DNA of 64,000 nt from Limisphaerales bacterium (GTDB lineage Bacteria; Verrucomicrobiota; Verrucomicrobiia; Limisphaerales; JAJOIW01), in contig CBFHOE010000002.1 of the NCBI GenBank assembly GCA_965657355.1, positions 504,785 to 568,784 on the forward strand, read 5' to 3'. The translations under genes and the position numbers were made by a program. The notes beneath the pieces are model-generated. The model was not told where the DNA came from and searched no databases. It saw only the letters and a program-made list of their open reading frames with translations. Positions within the stretch are counted from its first letter, which is position 1, and the number at the start of each line of letters is the position of its first letter. Shown piece after piece: positions 9,890-18,998 of the stretch.

Positions 9890-11464
9890 TCAATTCATGA
9901 GGGTATTTCCTTTTGCCCCCCTCGCCTTGTATTTGGCCCCATGATTGACACCTCTACTACTTTCTTTAAAGGCATTATAAGCAGCCACGTATTTTGGTGG
10001 AGTAGAATCATAAAAGTCCTGTTTTTCAATCCAGTCAAAATCATTTGGATCGGTTGTTGTTCGGCAATCAACCATGTTTTCTCCTGACTGGATATTCCGG
10101 GAAATGAATTGGAGCGCTGAATTTATGCTTTTGCCATGAATCACACCACTGTAAACCATGCCGCACAAAGAGAACAAAAAGATGGGAACAATTAAATAAA
10201 CGCTAAATTTAAAAACTTTGAATATATGGAGTATTTCGGATTTTTGATAACCCAGAGCCATAATCTCTAATTGAGAGAGTCTTTGAGATAGCGACTCAAA
10301 TTGGAGTAACCCAGAACCCACAGCATCATATAAGTCGAGTTTTGGATTTGCTGAGGAAAGATTCTTCACTCCATCAAATGTGCCCAGAGGATTATTTTTC
10401 GATATAATGGATGCCCCAATTTTTTCATCGGGCGTGCTAATTATCCCTGGGCTCAGATTAGTGGGATCACGAGGTAGTCGGCCATCAATGGCTGGAACCA
10501 TCGATTCGATATTCAGTCCGAGATGATCAAGCACGAGTGCGGCAACATCGACAATATAAGTATCACTCAGTATTTTACCAGGATCGGCAGAAGGCCCAAA
10601 GGCAACTAAAAACGTCGTCTCTGTATCTGGATTATCGAGGCTGAGATTATGGTGAATCCCAGATCCAATTTGGTCGCTCGTCAGAAGAATGAGCCATTCC
10701 TCTTTCGTTTCTTTTACACGATCTGAAATAGATTTAACAACCTGGCCAAGTAATTGATCAATTCTTTCGATGCTGTCTAAGTAGGCTTCACTTTGTGGCC
10801 AATACCCATCACGCATTCTCACTGACACGGATTGAGCAAAATGCAGAAAGGTTAAATCAGGGGCTTGAGATTTTAAAATCAGCCTACTGAAAGCATCTGC
10901 GACTCTCTGGTCACAAGTATGAGGTAATAATTCGGCATCAAAAAATGATTCTTCCCTATCTACTTTTAGACTAATGGGGGCATTTATTTCTGGCCAAGAA
11001 GTGAAGCTCACTGTGTGATAATTTGGGTTCAAGTTTTCCAACCGATCAAAAATGGAAAGGCCCTGATGTTCCTTATCAACTCGGTGGTGATTATATTTGG
11101 TATGAACCTTAGCTTCATCAGCTGTAATCTTTTTTGCCTCGAGTGAATCCTGCCAAACCCCGCTCAGGATAGTCGCCCATCCACGCCAAGATGAAGACGT
11201 CATTGACTCAGCCGAGTTAAGATAATACCCAGGTAATATCTTTGCATTATTGGACCATAATGAATCAGACAATATCAGGTCAAAATTTGGCGTTTGGGCC
11301 GCCTGAATGGCGCCAAACCGGCACCCATCAAGACCCAAAATGACAACTTTTTTGTTGGAAACACCTAGGTTATCCAACGCAGGACATGAGAGAGGAGATG
11401 AAACCAGGCAAAAAACCCCTAACAAGCCTAATATCAACAATTTATAAAAGCCCAAACTGTTCAT
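9890..11464 (-). CDS. Alkaline phosphatase / nucleotide pyrophosphatase superfamily protein, membrane anchored, with degenerate metal ligands
   Basis: Signal peptide, VVILGLDGCR, TPNFD, GWATILSGVW, LILLTSDQ and a late TM helix. Confidence 0.7.
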   Translation of the reverse strand: MNSLGFYKLLILGLLGVFCLVSSPLSCPALDNLGVSNKKVVILGLDGCRFGAIQAAQTPNFDLILSDSLWSNNAKILPGYYLNSAESMTSSSWRGWATILSGVWQDSLEAKKITADEAKVHTKYNHHRVDKEHQGLSIFDRLENLNPNYHTVSFTSWPEINAPISLKVDREESFFDAELLPHTCDQRVADAFSRLILKSQAPDLTFLHFAQSVSVRMRDGYWPQSEAYLDSIERIDQLLGQVVKSISDRVKETKEEWLILLTSDQIGSGIHHNLSLDNPDTETTFLVAFGPSADPGKILSDTYIVDVAALVLDHLGLNIESMVPAIDGRLPRDPTNLSPGIISTPDEKIGASIISKNNPLGTFDGVKNLSSANPKLDLYDAVGSGLLQFESLSQRLSQLEIMALGYQKSEILHIFKVFKFSVYLIVPIFLFSLCGMVYSGVIHGKSINSALQFISRNIQSGENMVDCRTTTDPNDFDWIEKQDFYDSTPPKYVAAYNAFKESSRGVNHGAKYKARGAKGNTLMN

Positions 11465-11522
11465 TTACATACAACTAAATACACCTGTAGAATTTTATTG
11501 GCGATATAAACCTGCAAACAAC

Positions 11523-12245
11523 GTGGATTTAGTTTTTGATCAAAAAATTACACAGCAATTTGATGAAAATGATGATTCATTAATTGTTTTTCTATATGAA
11601 TTGGAAAAGTGGGTTTATTCCGAAAAAAAATTTGAATGGGCATTTAATGTGGATGAACTCACCGCCCTCAGGAGGATTAAGAATGAGGATCAAAGAAGGC
11701 TCTCATTTATATGGAGGATCATTTTAAAATCATTTCTTTCTCAAGTCTTAAAAAAATCAGCTATCGATGTCCAATTCGCACTATCACAGTCAGGAAAACC
11801 GTTTTTCCCAAAAAAATCAGGTTTTGAACATATAAAATTTAACGCAAGCCACACCCAGTCGCACGGAGTCCTTGCCATCTCTCGGTTTGGTCCTCTGGGT
11901 ATTGATATTGAATCAGTCGACAGGGTGGTTGATTGGGAATCGGTGGCCAATCGTTTTTTTTCACGGCAAGATAGAGAGAGACTTACAAAGCTCCCTAAAA
12001 AGGAGGCAAAAGAGGAATTCCTCCGCATTTGGACCCGCATCGAGGCTATAATAAAGATGAATGACGACAAAGTTGCCAATATCTTCGATTCTCAGAATCA
12101 GGAAATGCTGGTTTCTTTTTACCCGAACACCAAACCTTTGGGGCTTCCAAAAAACCTCGCGGGCCACCTCGCATGCCCGAAGTTCCCCTCAAAAGTGACC
12201 AATCCAATCCCGGTATTCAAATTACCTTTCCCTGTTAACGCATAA
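11523..12245 (+). CDS. Sfp-type 4'-phosphopantetheinyl transferase
   Basis: GKP, FNASHT, LGIDIE and WTRIEA. Confidence 0.85.
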   Translation: MDLVFDQKITQQFDENDDSLIVFLYELEKWVYSEKKFEWAFNVDELTALRRIKNEDQRRLSFIWRIILKSFLSQVLKKSAIDVQFALSQSGKPFFPKKSGFEHIKFNASHTQSHGVLAISRFGPLGIDIESVDRVVDWESVANRFFSRQDRERLTKLPKKEAKEEFLRIWTRIEAIIKMNDDKVANIFDSQNQEMLVSFYPNTKPLGLPKNLAGHLACPKFPSKVTNPIPVFKLPFPVNA

Positions 12246-12273
12246 AAAAGCAGAATCTCGCTTTTCAGCAAAA

Positions 12274-12438
12274 GCCAGATTTCAGAGGGAATAGCTCCAC
12301 GAAGGAGGTGTCTTAATTTTCCACCTCGGGACCAGAGTGACCATACCATAGAGCCCGAATGCAGTTTTCAGAATAAGGGCATCCGGATGATTGCCTGCGA
12401 ACGAAATAGCAGAAGGTCCAAAGCAGCACAAATCCGGC
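12274..12438 (-). ncRNA. Candidate structured non-coding RNA, family unassigned (6S-like size)
   Basis: The ends pair (12274-12282 with 12430-12438) and at least four nested helices are visible. The G-U pattern favours the minus strand. It lies between convergent genes. Confidence 0.45.
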
Positions 12439-12482
12439 ATTAAATCATTCAAAATTGGCTAAAAAAGTTAATCGAGCGGGGC

Positions 12483-13421
12483 CTATTTTTTAAAATGCTG
12501 ACTCCATGGCGAGAAACCATAGTTTGTCGATTTAGGTAGAAAATTCAGTTGGAACCAAGTTTTTAAAATGAGAAATAATTTCTGAGATTTTGAGAGCCTA
12601 GTTCGTCCACTCCCATTCCAAAGATTGAATTTTCTTAGGGCAAGTTTTTTAAGAATATTCCAGTAGACGGCACCCATGAGTTCTGCGGCTACCATTGCTT
12701 TTCGATCCTCGGAGGGAAGGACGTCAAAAGCTCTTTTGTAGTAATCAATAGCAATGTGAGCGTAATGAGAGCAAAGGCTATTAAGGTTTTTGTCAAAATG
12801 ACCATTAAGAATTTGCTCTTCAGTGACCCCGAACTTCTCCAAATCTTCTGCAGGAAGGTAGATTCTTCCTAATTCGGCATCGGATTTGACGTCTCTCAAT
12901 ATATTAGTTATTTGGAGTGCTTTACCTAATAAGACGGCGTATTCCTTGGTTTTTGCACTTTTAAAGCCAAATATTGGGATGCTGAGGAGTCCCACAGCAG
13001 AAGCTACTCGATAGCAATAGGTTTCCAGTTCTTCCCTTGTTGCAATTCTTGATTGGGTTAAGTCAGACTCCACTCCATCCAGCAGAGCTATGAAATCATC
13101 TTTTTTCAGATCAAAATCACTCAATACCCTCTGCAACTCTTGATTGACCAAAAAATGGGGCTTTTCATCCGTTGAATACGCCCTCTGAAGATCTAATTTC
13201 CAGTCATTAAGTGATTTTTTCCGGACCGAGACAGGTTTTGATTCATCATCAGCGACATCGTCGACCTCACGGCAAAAGGCGTATAAAACTTGCATTGCCT
13301 TTCTTTTATTTTCAGGCAGAAGAATGAAAGCCAACGCAAGATTGCTAGCGGACTTTTTGGTTATTTGCTGGCTATTATCTTGGGATTTTTGAATGTCTGA
13401 TCCTTCATTCATTCTGAACAC
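12483..13421 (-). CDS. hpnD: Presqualene diphosphate synthase HpnD / squalene-phytoene synthase family
   Basis: LYAFCREVDDVAD, YCYRVASAVG and ALQITNILRDVKSDAELGRIYLP. Confidence 0.82.
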   Translation of the reverse strand: MFRMNEGSDIQKSQDNSQQITKKSASNLALAFILLPENKRKAMQVLYAFCREVDDVADDESKPVSVRKKSLNDWKLDLQRAYSTDEKPHFLVNQELQRVLSDFDLKKDDFIALLDGVESDLTQSRIATREELETYCYRVASAVGLLSIPIFGFKSAKTKEYAVLLGKALQITNILRDVKSDAELGRIYLPAEDLEKFGVTEEQILNGHFDKNLNSLCSHYAHIAIDYYKRAFDVLPSEDRKAMVAAELMGAVYWNILKKLALRKFNLWNGSGRTRLSKSQKLFLILKTWFQLNFLPKSTNYGFSPWSQHFKK

Positions 13422-13444
13422 ATCATACAGGGGTCCAAGGGGGA

Positions 13445-13783
13445 TTAAAGATCTGAGTCTTTTTTGGCTGGGGGTAGTCCACCAGTCTCCGAGAGGCTTG
13501 GATTTCGTGGACGGTGGGAGCGCCTACGCTTCCTGAATTTCCTGCGCACCTTCCCATCTCCTTGTTCTTCGACACCAATAAGCTCTTTTGATGATTTTGA
13601 TGAACTACTGCGTGATTTACGCGAACTTCTTGACGAAATCGGCTTTTCCTGAGCTCTGCGAGCAAAGGAAAGCAAGAGTAATCCCAATACCAATAATGCC
13701 GCCAAAAGGATCAAAACATCCTTAAATTGGGGGGTTAACTCGGGTAGCTTAAAGTAATCGAGGTAATCTTGAACGTTATCCAA
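13445..13783 (-). CDS. Small single-TM membrane protein with an Arg/Ser-rich tail
   Basis: One hydrophobic helix, then basic tracts and a C-terminal RPRNPSLSETGGLPP. Confidence 0.65.
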   Translation of the reverse strand: MDNVQDYLDYFKLPELTPQFKDVLILLAALLVLGLLLLSFARRAQEKPISSRSSRKSRSSSSKSSKELIGVEEQGDGKVRRKFRKRRRSHRPRNPSLSETGGLPPAKKDSDL

Positions 13784-13876
13784 TACTTGGTCCTTTTGTT
13801 CTTTCCATTTTGTATCTCAAATCAAACTTGAGGCGCACATTGAGAACATAAATCTCTTTTCATTGATAGTCAAAAC

Positions 13877-15262
13877 TTAGACAGGATCATCTTCGTTCAG
13901 ATTCAATCTCTTCATTCGGTATCTTAGAGCATGTCTGGAAATGCCTAAATCGCTTGCTGATTTACTTATTGCAAATTCATTCATTTGAAGAGCCTTGGAA
14001 ACGAGATGTTTTTCGTAGCTCAAGAGTTCCTCTTCCATCGAAAATGGAAGAGGAAGGTCTGGATAAATTTTTCCCTTATTGATACTGGCAGATTTATGAA
14101 ATTCAGGCAGACTGCTGGCTTGGATTTCACTGGAGCGTTCCATGATTACAGCCCGTTCAATTGAATTTCTCAACTCGCGAATATTTCCCGGCCAAGAATG
14201 GCTTCGAATCAAGATTTCGGCAGTTTTGGAAAGAAATAACCGGGGCCTATTCATAGAATAGCAAAAATGATCGAGAAAATGATTTGCTATCAGAATGACA
14301 TCATCACCCCTATCTCTCAAGGCCGCTGGCTGTATCTGAACTACATTTAATCTGTGATAAAGATCCTCCCTGAACTCATTATTTTTAATAGCTTCTAAAA
14401 TATTACGATTAGTCGCTGCGATCACCCGAGTATCTACACTCAGCTCCTGATTTCCACCAATTCTATGAAATGAGCCATCCTCAAGAAACCGAAGAAGCTT
14501 TGCTTGAAGAGGACGGCTCAACTCACCAATTTCATCTAAAAACAAAGTTCCGCCATGAGCCTCTTCCACCCTTCCTATTTTTTGTTGGAGAGCGCCCGTA
14601 AAGGATCCCTTTTCATGCCCAAACAATTCGCTTTCCAATAGTTCGTGAGGAATAGCGGCACAATTGATTCGAATATAATTGCCCTGGGCTCTTTTACTAA
14701 GGCCATGCAAAGCACCAGCTATGAGCTCTTTCCCAGTTCCGCTTTCACCGAGAATAAGAACCGTCGCGTTAGCTGGAGCCACTGTTTGCACCATTTCTTT
14801 TAGCTCCCTGATGTTGTCACATTCTCCGACGATATTTTCCAATCCAAATTTCTTATAAATTTTTTTATGGTAAGCCTTATTTGTTTCGAGAAGTTGATAC
14901 CTCTCGGCCGCTCGGGAGATTATGTGCAAAAGTTCTTCAGGTTCAAAAGGCTTAGCCAGGTAGTCCATTGCGCCAGCTTGAATAGCCTCTACTGCATGTT
15001 TAGGTGTCGCATATGCAGTAATCATCATTATGGGCAGCTCGGAATAATGATTCTTAACATGATCAACCAGTTTGAAACCACTCATACCGGTAAGGCGGTG
15101 GTCGGTGATGACAAGGAAGTAATTGTGAGATTGTAATTTTTGAATGGCTTCTTCGCCGCTTGTAGCAAATTCCAAATCGTAACCTTCGGATTGAAGAATA
15201 GGCTCAAGAGTCGTCTTCATGTTGACTTCATCATCAACTAGTAATACTGGTGGTAAGTTCAT
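13877..15262 (-). CDS. NtrC-family sigma-54-dependent response regulator (REC-AAA+-HTH)
   Basis: VLLVDDE receiver start, GESGTGKE, ESELFGHEKGSFTGA, LFLDEIG, WPGNIREL and a Fis-type HTH. Confidence 0.95.
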   Translation of the reverse strand: MNLPPVLLVDDEVNMKTTLEPILQSEGYDLEFATSGEEAIQKLQSHNYFLVITDHRLTGMSGFKLVDHVKNHYSELPIMMITAYATPKHAVEAIQAGAMDYLAKPFEPEELLHIISRAAERYQLLETNKAYHKKIYKKFGLENIVGECDNIRELKEMVQTVAPANATVLILGESGTGKELIAGALHGLSKRAQGNYIRINCAAIPHELLESELFGHEKGSFTGALQQKIGRVEEAHGGTLFLDEIGELSRPLQAKLLRFLEDGSFHRIGGNQELSVDTRVIAATNRNILEAIKNNEFREDLYHRLNVVQIQPAALRDRGDDVILIANHFLDHFCYSMNRPRLFLSKTAEILIRSHSWPGNIRELRNSIERAVIMERSSEIQASSLPEFHKSASINKGKIYPDLPLPFSMEEELLSYEKHLVSKALQMNEFAISKSASDLGISRHALRYRMKRLNLNEDDPV

Positions 15263-15263
15263 A

Positions 15264-16661
15264 TCAATAATGCCCAGCTGTGGATAAATGTTGAGGGAAA
15301 ACCAATGTGAATGTCGTTCCAGACTCGGAAGATTTTAACGAAATAGTTCCACTGTAGAATTCCAAATACTTTTTGACGATGCCTAGCCCCAAGCCACTCC
15401 CGCCCTCTTTGGTGGAGAAGTAAGATTCAAACACCTTTGTCTGGATTTTTGGATCAATCCCCTGACCGTCGTCTGAGATGTTAATGACAATGTCCGAATC
15501 GGACTGCCTTTCCAATGCTATTGTTATTTTCCCGTTCCCTTGGATGGCCTCTCGTGCATTAACAAGAAGATTGATGAAAATTTCAGATACATGTTTGGGC
15601 TGGACCAATAGGAATAAGTCGTCGCTATCCGGAAATTGGCAGTCGAGCTTTATGTTTGGAAATGTCTCTTTTGGAATAACTCGATCAGCAGCTTTTTCAA
15701 TTTCTTCTTTTATAGATACTTTTTTGACACTGGATGCAGACTGGTCAGCGTCGGACATGAGATCCTTCAGGATCATATCTGACCGCGCAATCTCTTGTCG
15801 AATCACGCATGCTTGAGCTCGAACGAGTGTGCAGTCATCCTGCTTCCTTTCCAACAAGTATGCGGCATTATTGATTATACTTAATGGATTTTTAAGTTGA
15901 TGGGCTATCTCGGCCACGAGGCGCCCCATGCCTTTTAAATGCTCGTTTCGCACCCTTAGCTCAAGTTGCTCTTCTCTCAGGCTTTTCTCGCGATCAAAGA
16001 GCACCTGGAAAGCAAAACAAAAAAAGACCATAGAAATTAACAAAACTAAACGCATTGTAATTTGCTCGGTATTTGTGACTGTTTCAGCAAGCAGCCAAGA
16101 TCCATTGCCCTTGTCGTAGTCAAAAATGGACTCGCTAAACAAGCAACCAATCACATAGAGGAAAATCAAGCTCAAGTTGAGAGCAATTTGAAAGAAGGCA
16201 TCGGAAATTGCATAAGCGTTTCTCATGATCATCCCGAAGTAAACCCAGTAAAGTGAGCTTGAAAACCCGTCCTCAACAAAGATCAGGCAACAAAACATCA
16301 ACCCGTCTAATAATGCCATAGTGAAAGTGGCGTATAGCATTGGCCGATAGGGAACTTTACCCATATACCCCAGCATGATGAGGTATAAAATATTCATGAA
16401 TAAATAGATGAAAAATATGTTTTTTGCCAATGCGAATGCTTCAACTAAAACCTCGTTAGTGTTCGGCATATCTCCGACAGGAAAAAATAGAAAATTGTAA
16501 ACGAGGGCAAGATAAACAAACCGGATAGGTATTCCCAAATCCCTTTCGGCTCGAACGAAACGACCAACTTGAGGACCTAGTGAAATACTTTTTTTAGCAC
16601 TCAGCGGGCTTATTTCACTGAGAGAAGATTGTTTAAATAATTTTTTAAATGCAGAGGTCAA
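15264..16661 (-). CDS. Membrane sensor histidine kinase
   Basis: Several N-terminal TM helices, EIAHQLKNPL, NLLVNA, DDGQGI and FSTKEGGSGLGLG. Confidence 0.92.
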   Translation of the reverse strand: MTSAFKKLFKQSSLSEISPLSAKKSISLGPQVGRFVRAERDLGIPIRFVYLALVYNFLFFPVGDMPNTNEVLVEAFALAKNIFFIYLFMNILYLIMLGYMGKVPYRPMLYATFTMALLDGLMFCCLIFVEDGFSSSLYWVYFGMIMRNAYAISDAFFQIALNLSLIFLYVIGCLFSESIFDYDKGNGSWLLAETVTNTEQITMRLVLLISMVFFCFAFQVLFDREKSLREEQLELRVRNEHLKGMGRLVAEIAHQLKNPLSIINNAAYLLERKQDDCTLVRAQACVIRQEIARSDMILKDLMSDADQSASSVKKVSIKEEIEKAADRVIPKETFPNIKLDCQFPDSDDLFLLVQPKHVSEIFINLLVNAREAIQGNGKITIALERQSDSDIVINISDDGQGIDPKIQTKVFESYFSTKEGGSGLGLGIVKKYLEFYSGTISLKSSESGTTFTLVFPQHLSTAGHY

Positions 16662-16669
16662 AGCTTATT

Positions 16670-17227
16670 TCACTTAAGAAACGATAACACACATTGACAT
16701 ATTTGCTCAACCGGTAGTAGGCGACCAACACCTTCGTAACCACAAGAAAGCATCCCTTCTTCCGGACCAACGAAAACAACGCCTCTTTTTTCCAATAATT
16801 CTACATTCGCTCGAGTTGCTGGGTGCATCCACATCTTACCATTCATGGCTGGAGCTATTATACACTTGGCTTTTGGTTCCAAAGCCAATGCAATGCAACT
16901 CAAAGCATCATCCGCAAGACCATGCGCCAGCTTTGCGATAGTGTTGGCTGTTGCTGGAGCAATAAGAAGGATATCTGCTTCATCAGCTATCCTTATATGT
17001 GAGGGCTTCCAACCTTCCTCTTCATCATAAAGATCAGTGATGACTTCATTTCTTGATAGAGTTTTAAAAGGAAGAGGAGTCACGAAGTTTTGAGAATCTT
17101 TTGTAAGAACAACTTCGACTTTACAGTCAGCTTTTACCAACTGGCTTGTTATTTCAATTGCTTTGTAGGCTGCTATTGAACCAGTCACGCCAACGACGAC
17201 GTGCTTCTGATTTCGTATCATTTTCAT
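16670..17227 (-). CDS. coaC: Stand-alone phosphopantothenoylcysteine decarboxylase
   Basis: GVTGSIAAYKA, APATANTIAKLAHG, PAMN and LSCGYEGVGRL. There is no CoaB domain. Confidence 0.9.
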   Translation of the reverse strand: MKMIRNQKHVVVGVTGSIAAYKAIEITSQLVKADCKVEVVLTKDSQNFVTPLPFKTLSRNEVITDLYDEEEGWKPSHIRIADEADILLIAPATANTIAKLAHGLADDALSCIALALEPKAKCIIAPAMNGKMWMHPATRANVELLEKRGVVFVGPEEGMLSCGYEGVGRLLPVEQICQCVLSFLK

Positions 17228-17261
17228 CTTCCATTTTTTATTTGGTCTGGCTGGTCTGGTT

Positions 17262-17894
17262 TTATGTAGATGAACTGCTGAGAGGGTTTTTCATCCTTGA
17301 GGTTCTGAGTTTTTCAACTTCATAAATCATTTGAGCTCTGCGAAAATCTTCCTCGTAAGTAGATGAGACTAAAAGGTAGTCAAATCTTTCCCAGTAGCAA
17401 ACTTCCTTTTCAGCCGCATTAAGTCGGACTTGGATTATTTCTTCTGAATCGCAACCCCTTTTCCTCAAACGGCATTCCAATTCATTTAATGTTTTTGTGA
17501 CAACAAAGACGGTAACGAGGGCCGGACTAAGAGTGGGGTCTTCGGAAGCTTTTTTTCTTATTGTCTCTTCGCCCTGGACATCGATATTTAAAAGGACATC
17601 TTTTCCATTCTGCAGCTTTGAAACAACCTCGGACTTGAGCGTACCATAGAAATTACCATGCACTGTAGCATGCTCTAGAAAATCACCATCATGAACATGT
17701 TTCATAAATGCATCAACTTTGAGAAAATAATAATCCTCTCCATGTATTTCTCCTTCTCTGGGTGGCCTTGTAGTACAAGTGACAGCCCTGGTTAAATTTT
17801 GATTGCTTCTCAATAATTGATCGCAAATCGTCGTCTTTCCCGCTCCAGAGGGAGCAGAAATCAAATAAAGAATATTGCGATTTTCCTGGGACAT
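17262..17894 (-). CDS. gmk: Guanylate kinase
   Basis: SAPSGAGKTT, TTRPPREGE, YGT and IDVQG. Confidence 0.97.
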   Translation of the reverse strand: MSQENRNILYLISAPSGAGKTTICDQLLRSNQNLTRAVTCTTRPPREGEIHGEDYYFLKVDAFMKHVHDGDFLEHATVHGNFYGTLKSEVVSKLQNGKDVLLNIDVQGEETIRKKASEDPTLSPALVTVFVVTKTLNELECRLRKRGCDSEEIIQVRLNAAEKEVCYWERFDYLLVSSTYEEDFRRAQMIYEVEKLRTSRMKNPLSSSST

Positions 17895-17930
17895 AAGTAA
17901 ATACAGTGCTGTTTCTTTATAAAAAGATTA

Positions 17931-18812
17931 CTATTCAATATTTTGCACCTGCTCTCGGAATTTTTCCAACTCGGTTTTCATCTGAACAACCAAATGGCTT
18001 AAACCAGCATCATTAGCTTTAGATCCTGTTGTGTTTATCTCTCTAAACATTTCCTGAGCTAAAAAATCAAGCGCTCTCCCGTGACTTTCCTTGGATTGTG
18101 AAATGTGGGTAAATTTTACAAAATGACTTTCTAATCTGTCCAGCTCCTCGGAAACATCACACCTGTCAGAAATCAAAACTACCTCTTGTGCCAGTCGGTT
18201 AGGGTCTACTGACTCCGGAGAAATCCCAGCCCGATTGATTCGCTCTTCTAACTGCTTTCTGTGGTATTCCTGAACTAAGGGTGATTTTTCTCTGACTTCA
18301 CTGACAAGAGCTTTGAGTTTTTGAATGGCTAATACCAATACTTCCTTCATATGCTGGCCCTCGAGTGCTCTAGATTCTAAAAAAGGCTTGAGAGCCGCTT
18401 CTAAGGCATTTGAGAAAACACCCAAATATTCGTCTGGGTCAATGCCTCCTTGAGACTGCTCAAAAATACCGGGTAAACGAAGAATCTCAGCAACCCCGAT
18501 ATCTGATTCTAAATCTGCTTTTCTTGCGAATTCTTGGACCTGTTTGAGGTATTTCTGGGCAACTTCTTGATTTAAATTCAGAGAAATAACTTCACCGCAC
18601 AGATCATAAACATAAAACCTGACAGAGACTCTTCCTCTTGAGACTCGTGAAGCCATTTGTTTTCTGAGACCGTGCTCCAGAGCATCGAAACCTTTCGGCA
18701 AACCTATTTGAACATCGAGTTGTTTCCGATTCACTGAATGTATTTCAGCCACTACTCGAAGTTTATCATCCGAAGCTTCACCTCTCCCATGACCCGTCAT
18801 TGAATTCATCAC
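17931..18812 (-). CDS. yicC: YicC/YloC family endoribonuclease
   Basis: SMTGHG, SVNRK, EELDRL, REINTTGSK and REQVQNIE. Confidence 0.95.
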   Translation of the reverse strand: MMNSMTGHGRGEASDDKLRVVAEIHSVNRKQLDVQIGLPKGFDALEHGLRKQMASRVSRGRVSVRFYVYDLCGEVISLNLNQEVAQKYLKQVQEFARKADLESDIGVAEILRLPGIFEQSQGGIDPDEYLGVFSNALEAALKPFLESRALEGQHMKEVLVLAIQKLKALVSEVREKSPLVQEYHRKQLEERINRAGISPESVDPNRLAQEVVLISDRCDVSEELDRLESHFVKFTHISQSKESHGRALDFLAQEMFREINTTGSKANDAGLSHLVVQMKTELEKFREQVQNIE

Positions 18813-18889
18813 TCATGGAATACATCGCCAAAAACTTCAAAGCAACTGGGAAATGCTCAAAATCAAACAGCTATTTCGTTAAATCATCA

Positions 18890-18918
18890 TTGCTTTAGCA
18901 GCTCTTAAGAAATATTAT
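18890..18918 (+). promoter_or_regulatory. Candidate sigma-70 promoter of the large surface protein gene
   Basis: TTGCTT-N17-TATTAT upstream of the likely ATG at 18999. Confidence 0.4.
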
Positions 18919-18998
18919 GAGTTCAACCCAATTCAACTAATAAGGCCACTGGCATGGGGCATTCTCCCATTTCTCGTGCTTATTTGCCTACTAAACAG

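Noticed and set aside
12410..12430. SRP RNA helix 8 (AGGTCC...AAGCAGC)
   Set aside because: The GGAA tetraloop and its closing pairs are missing, and the pairing pattern favours the other strand.
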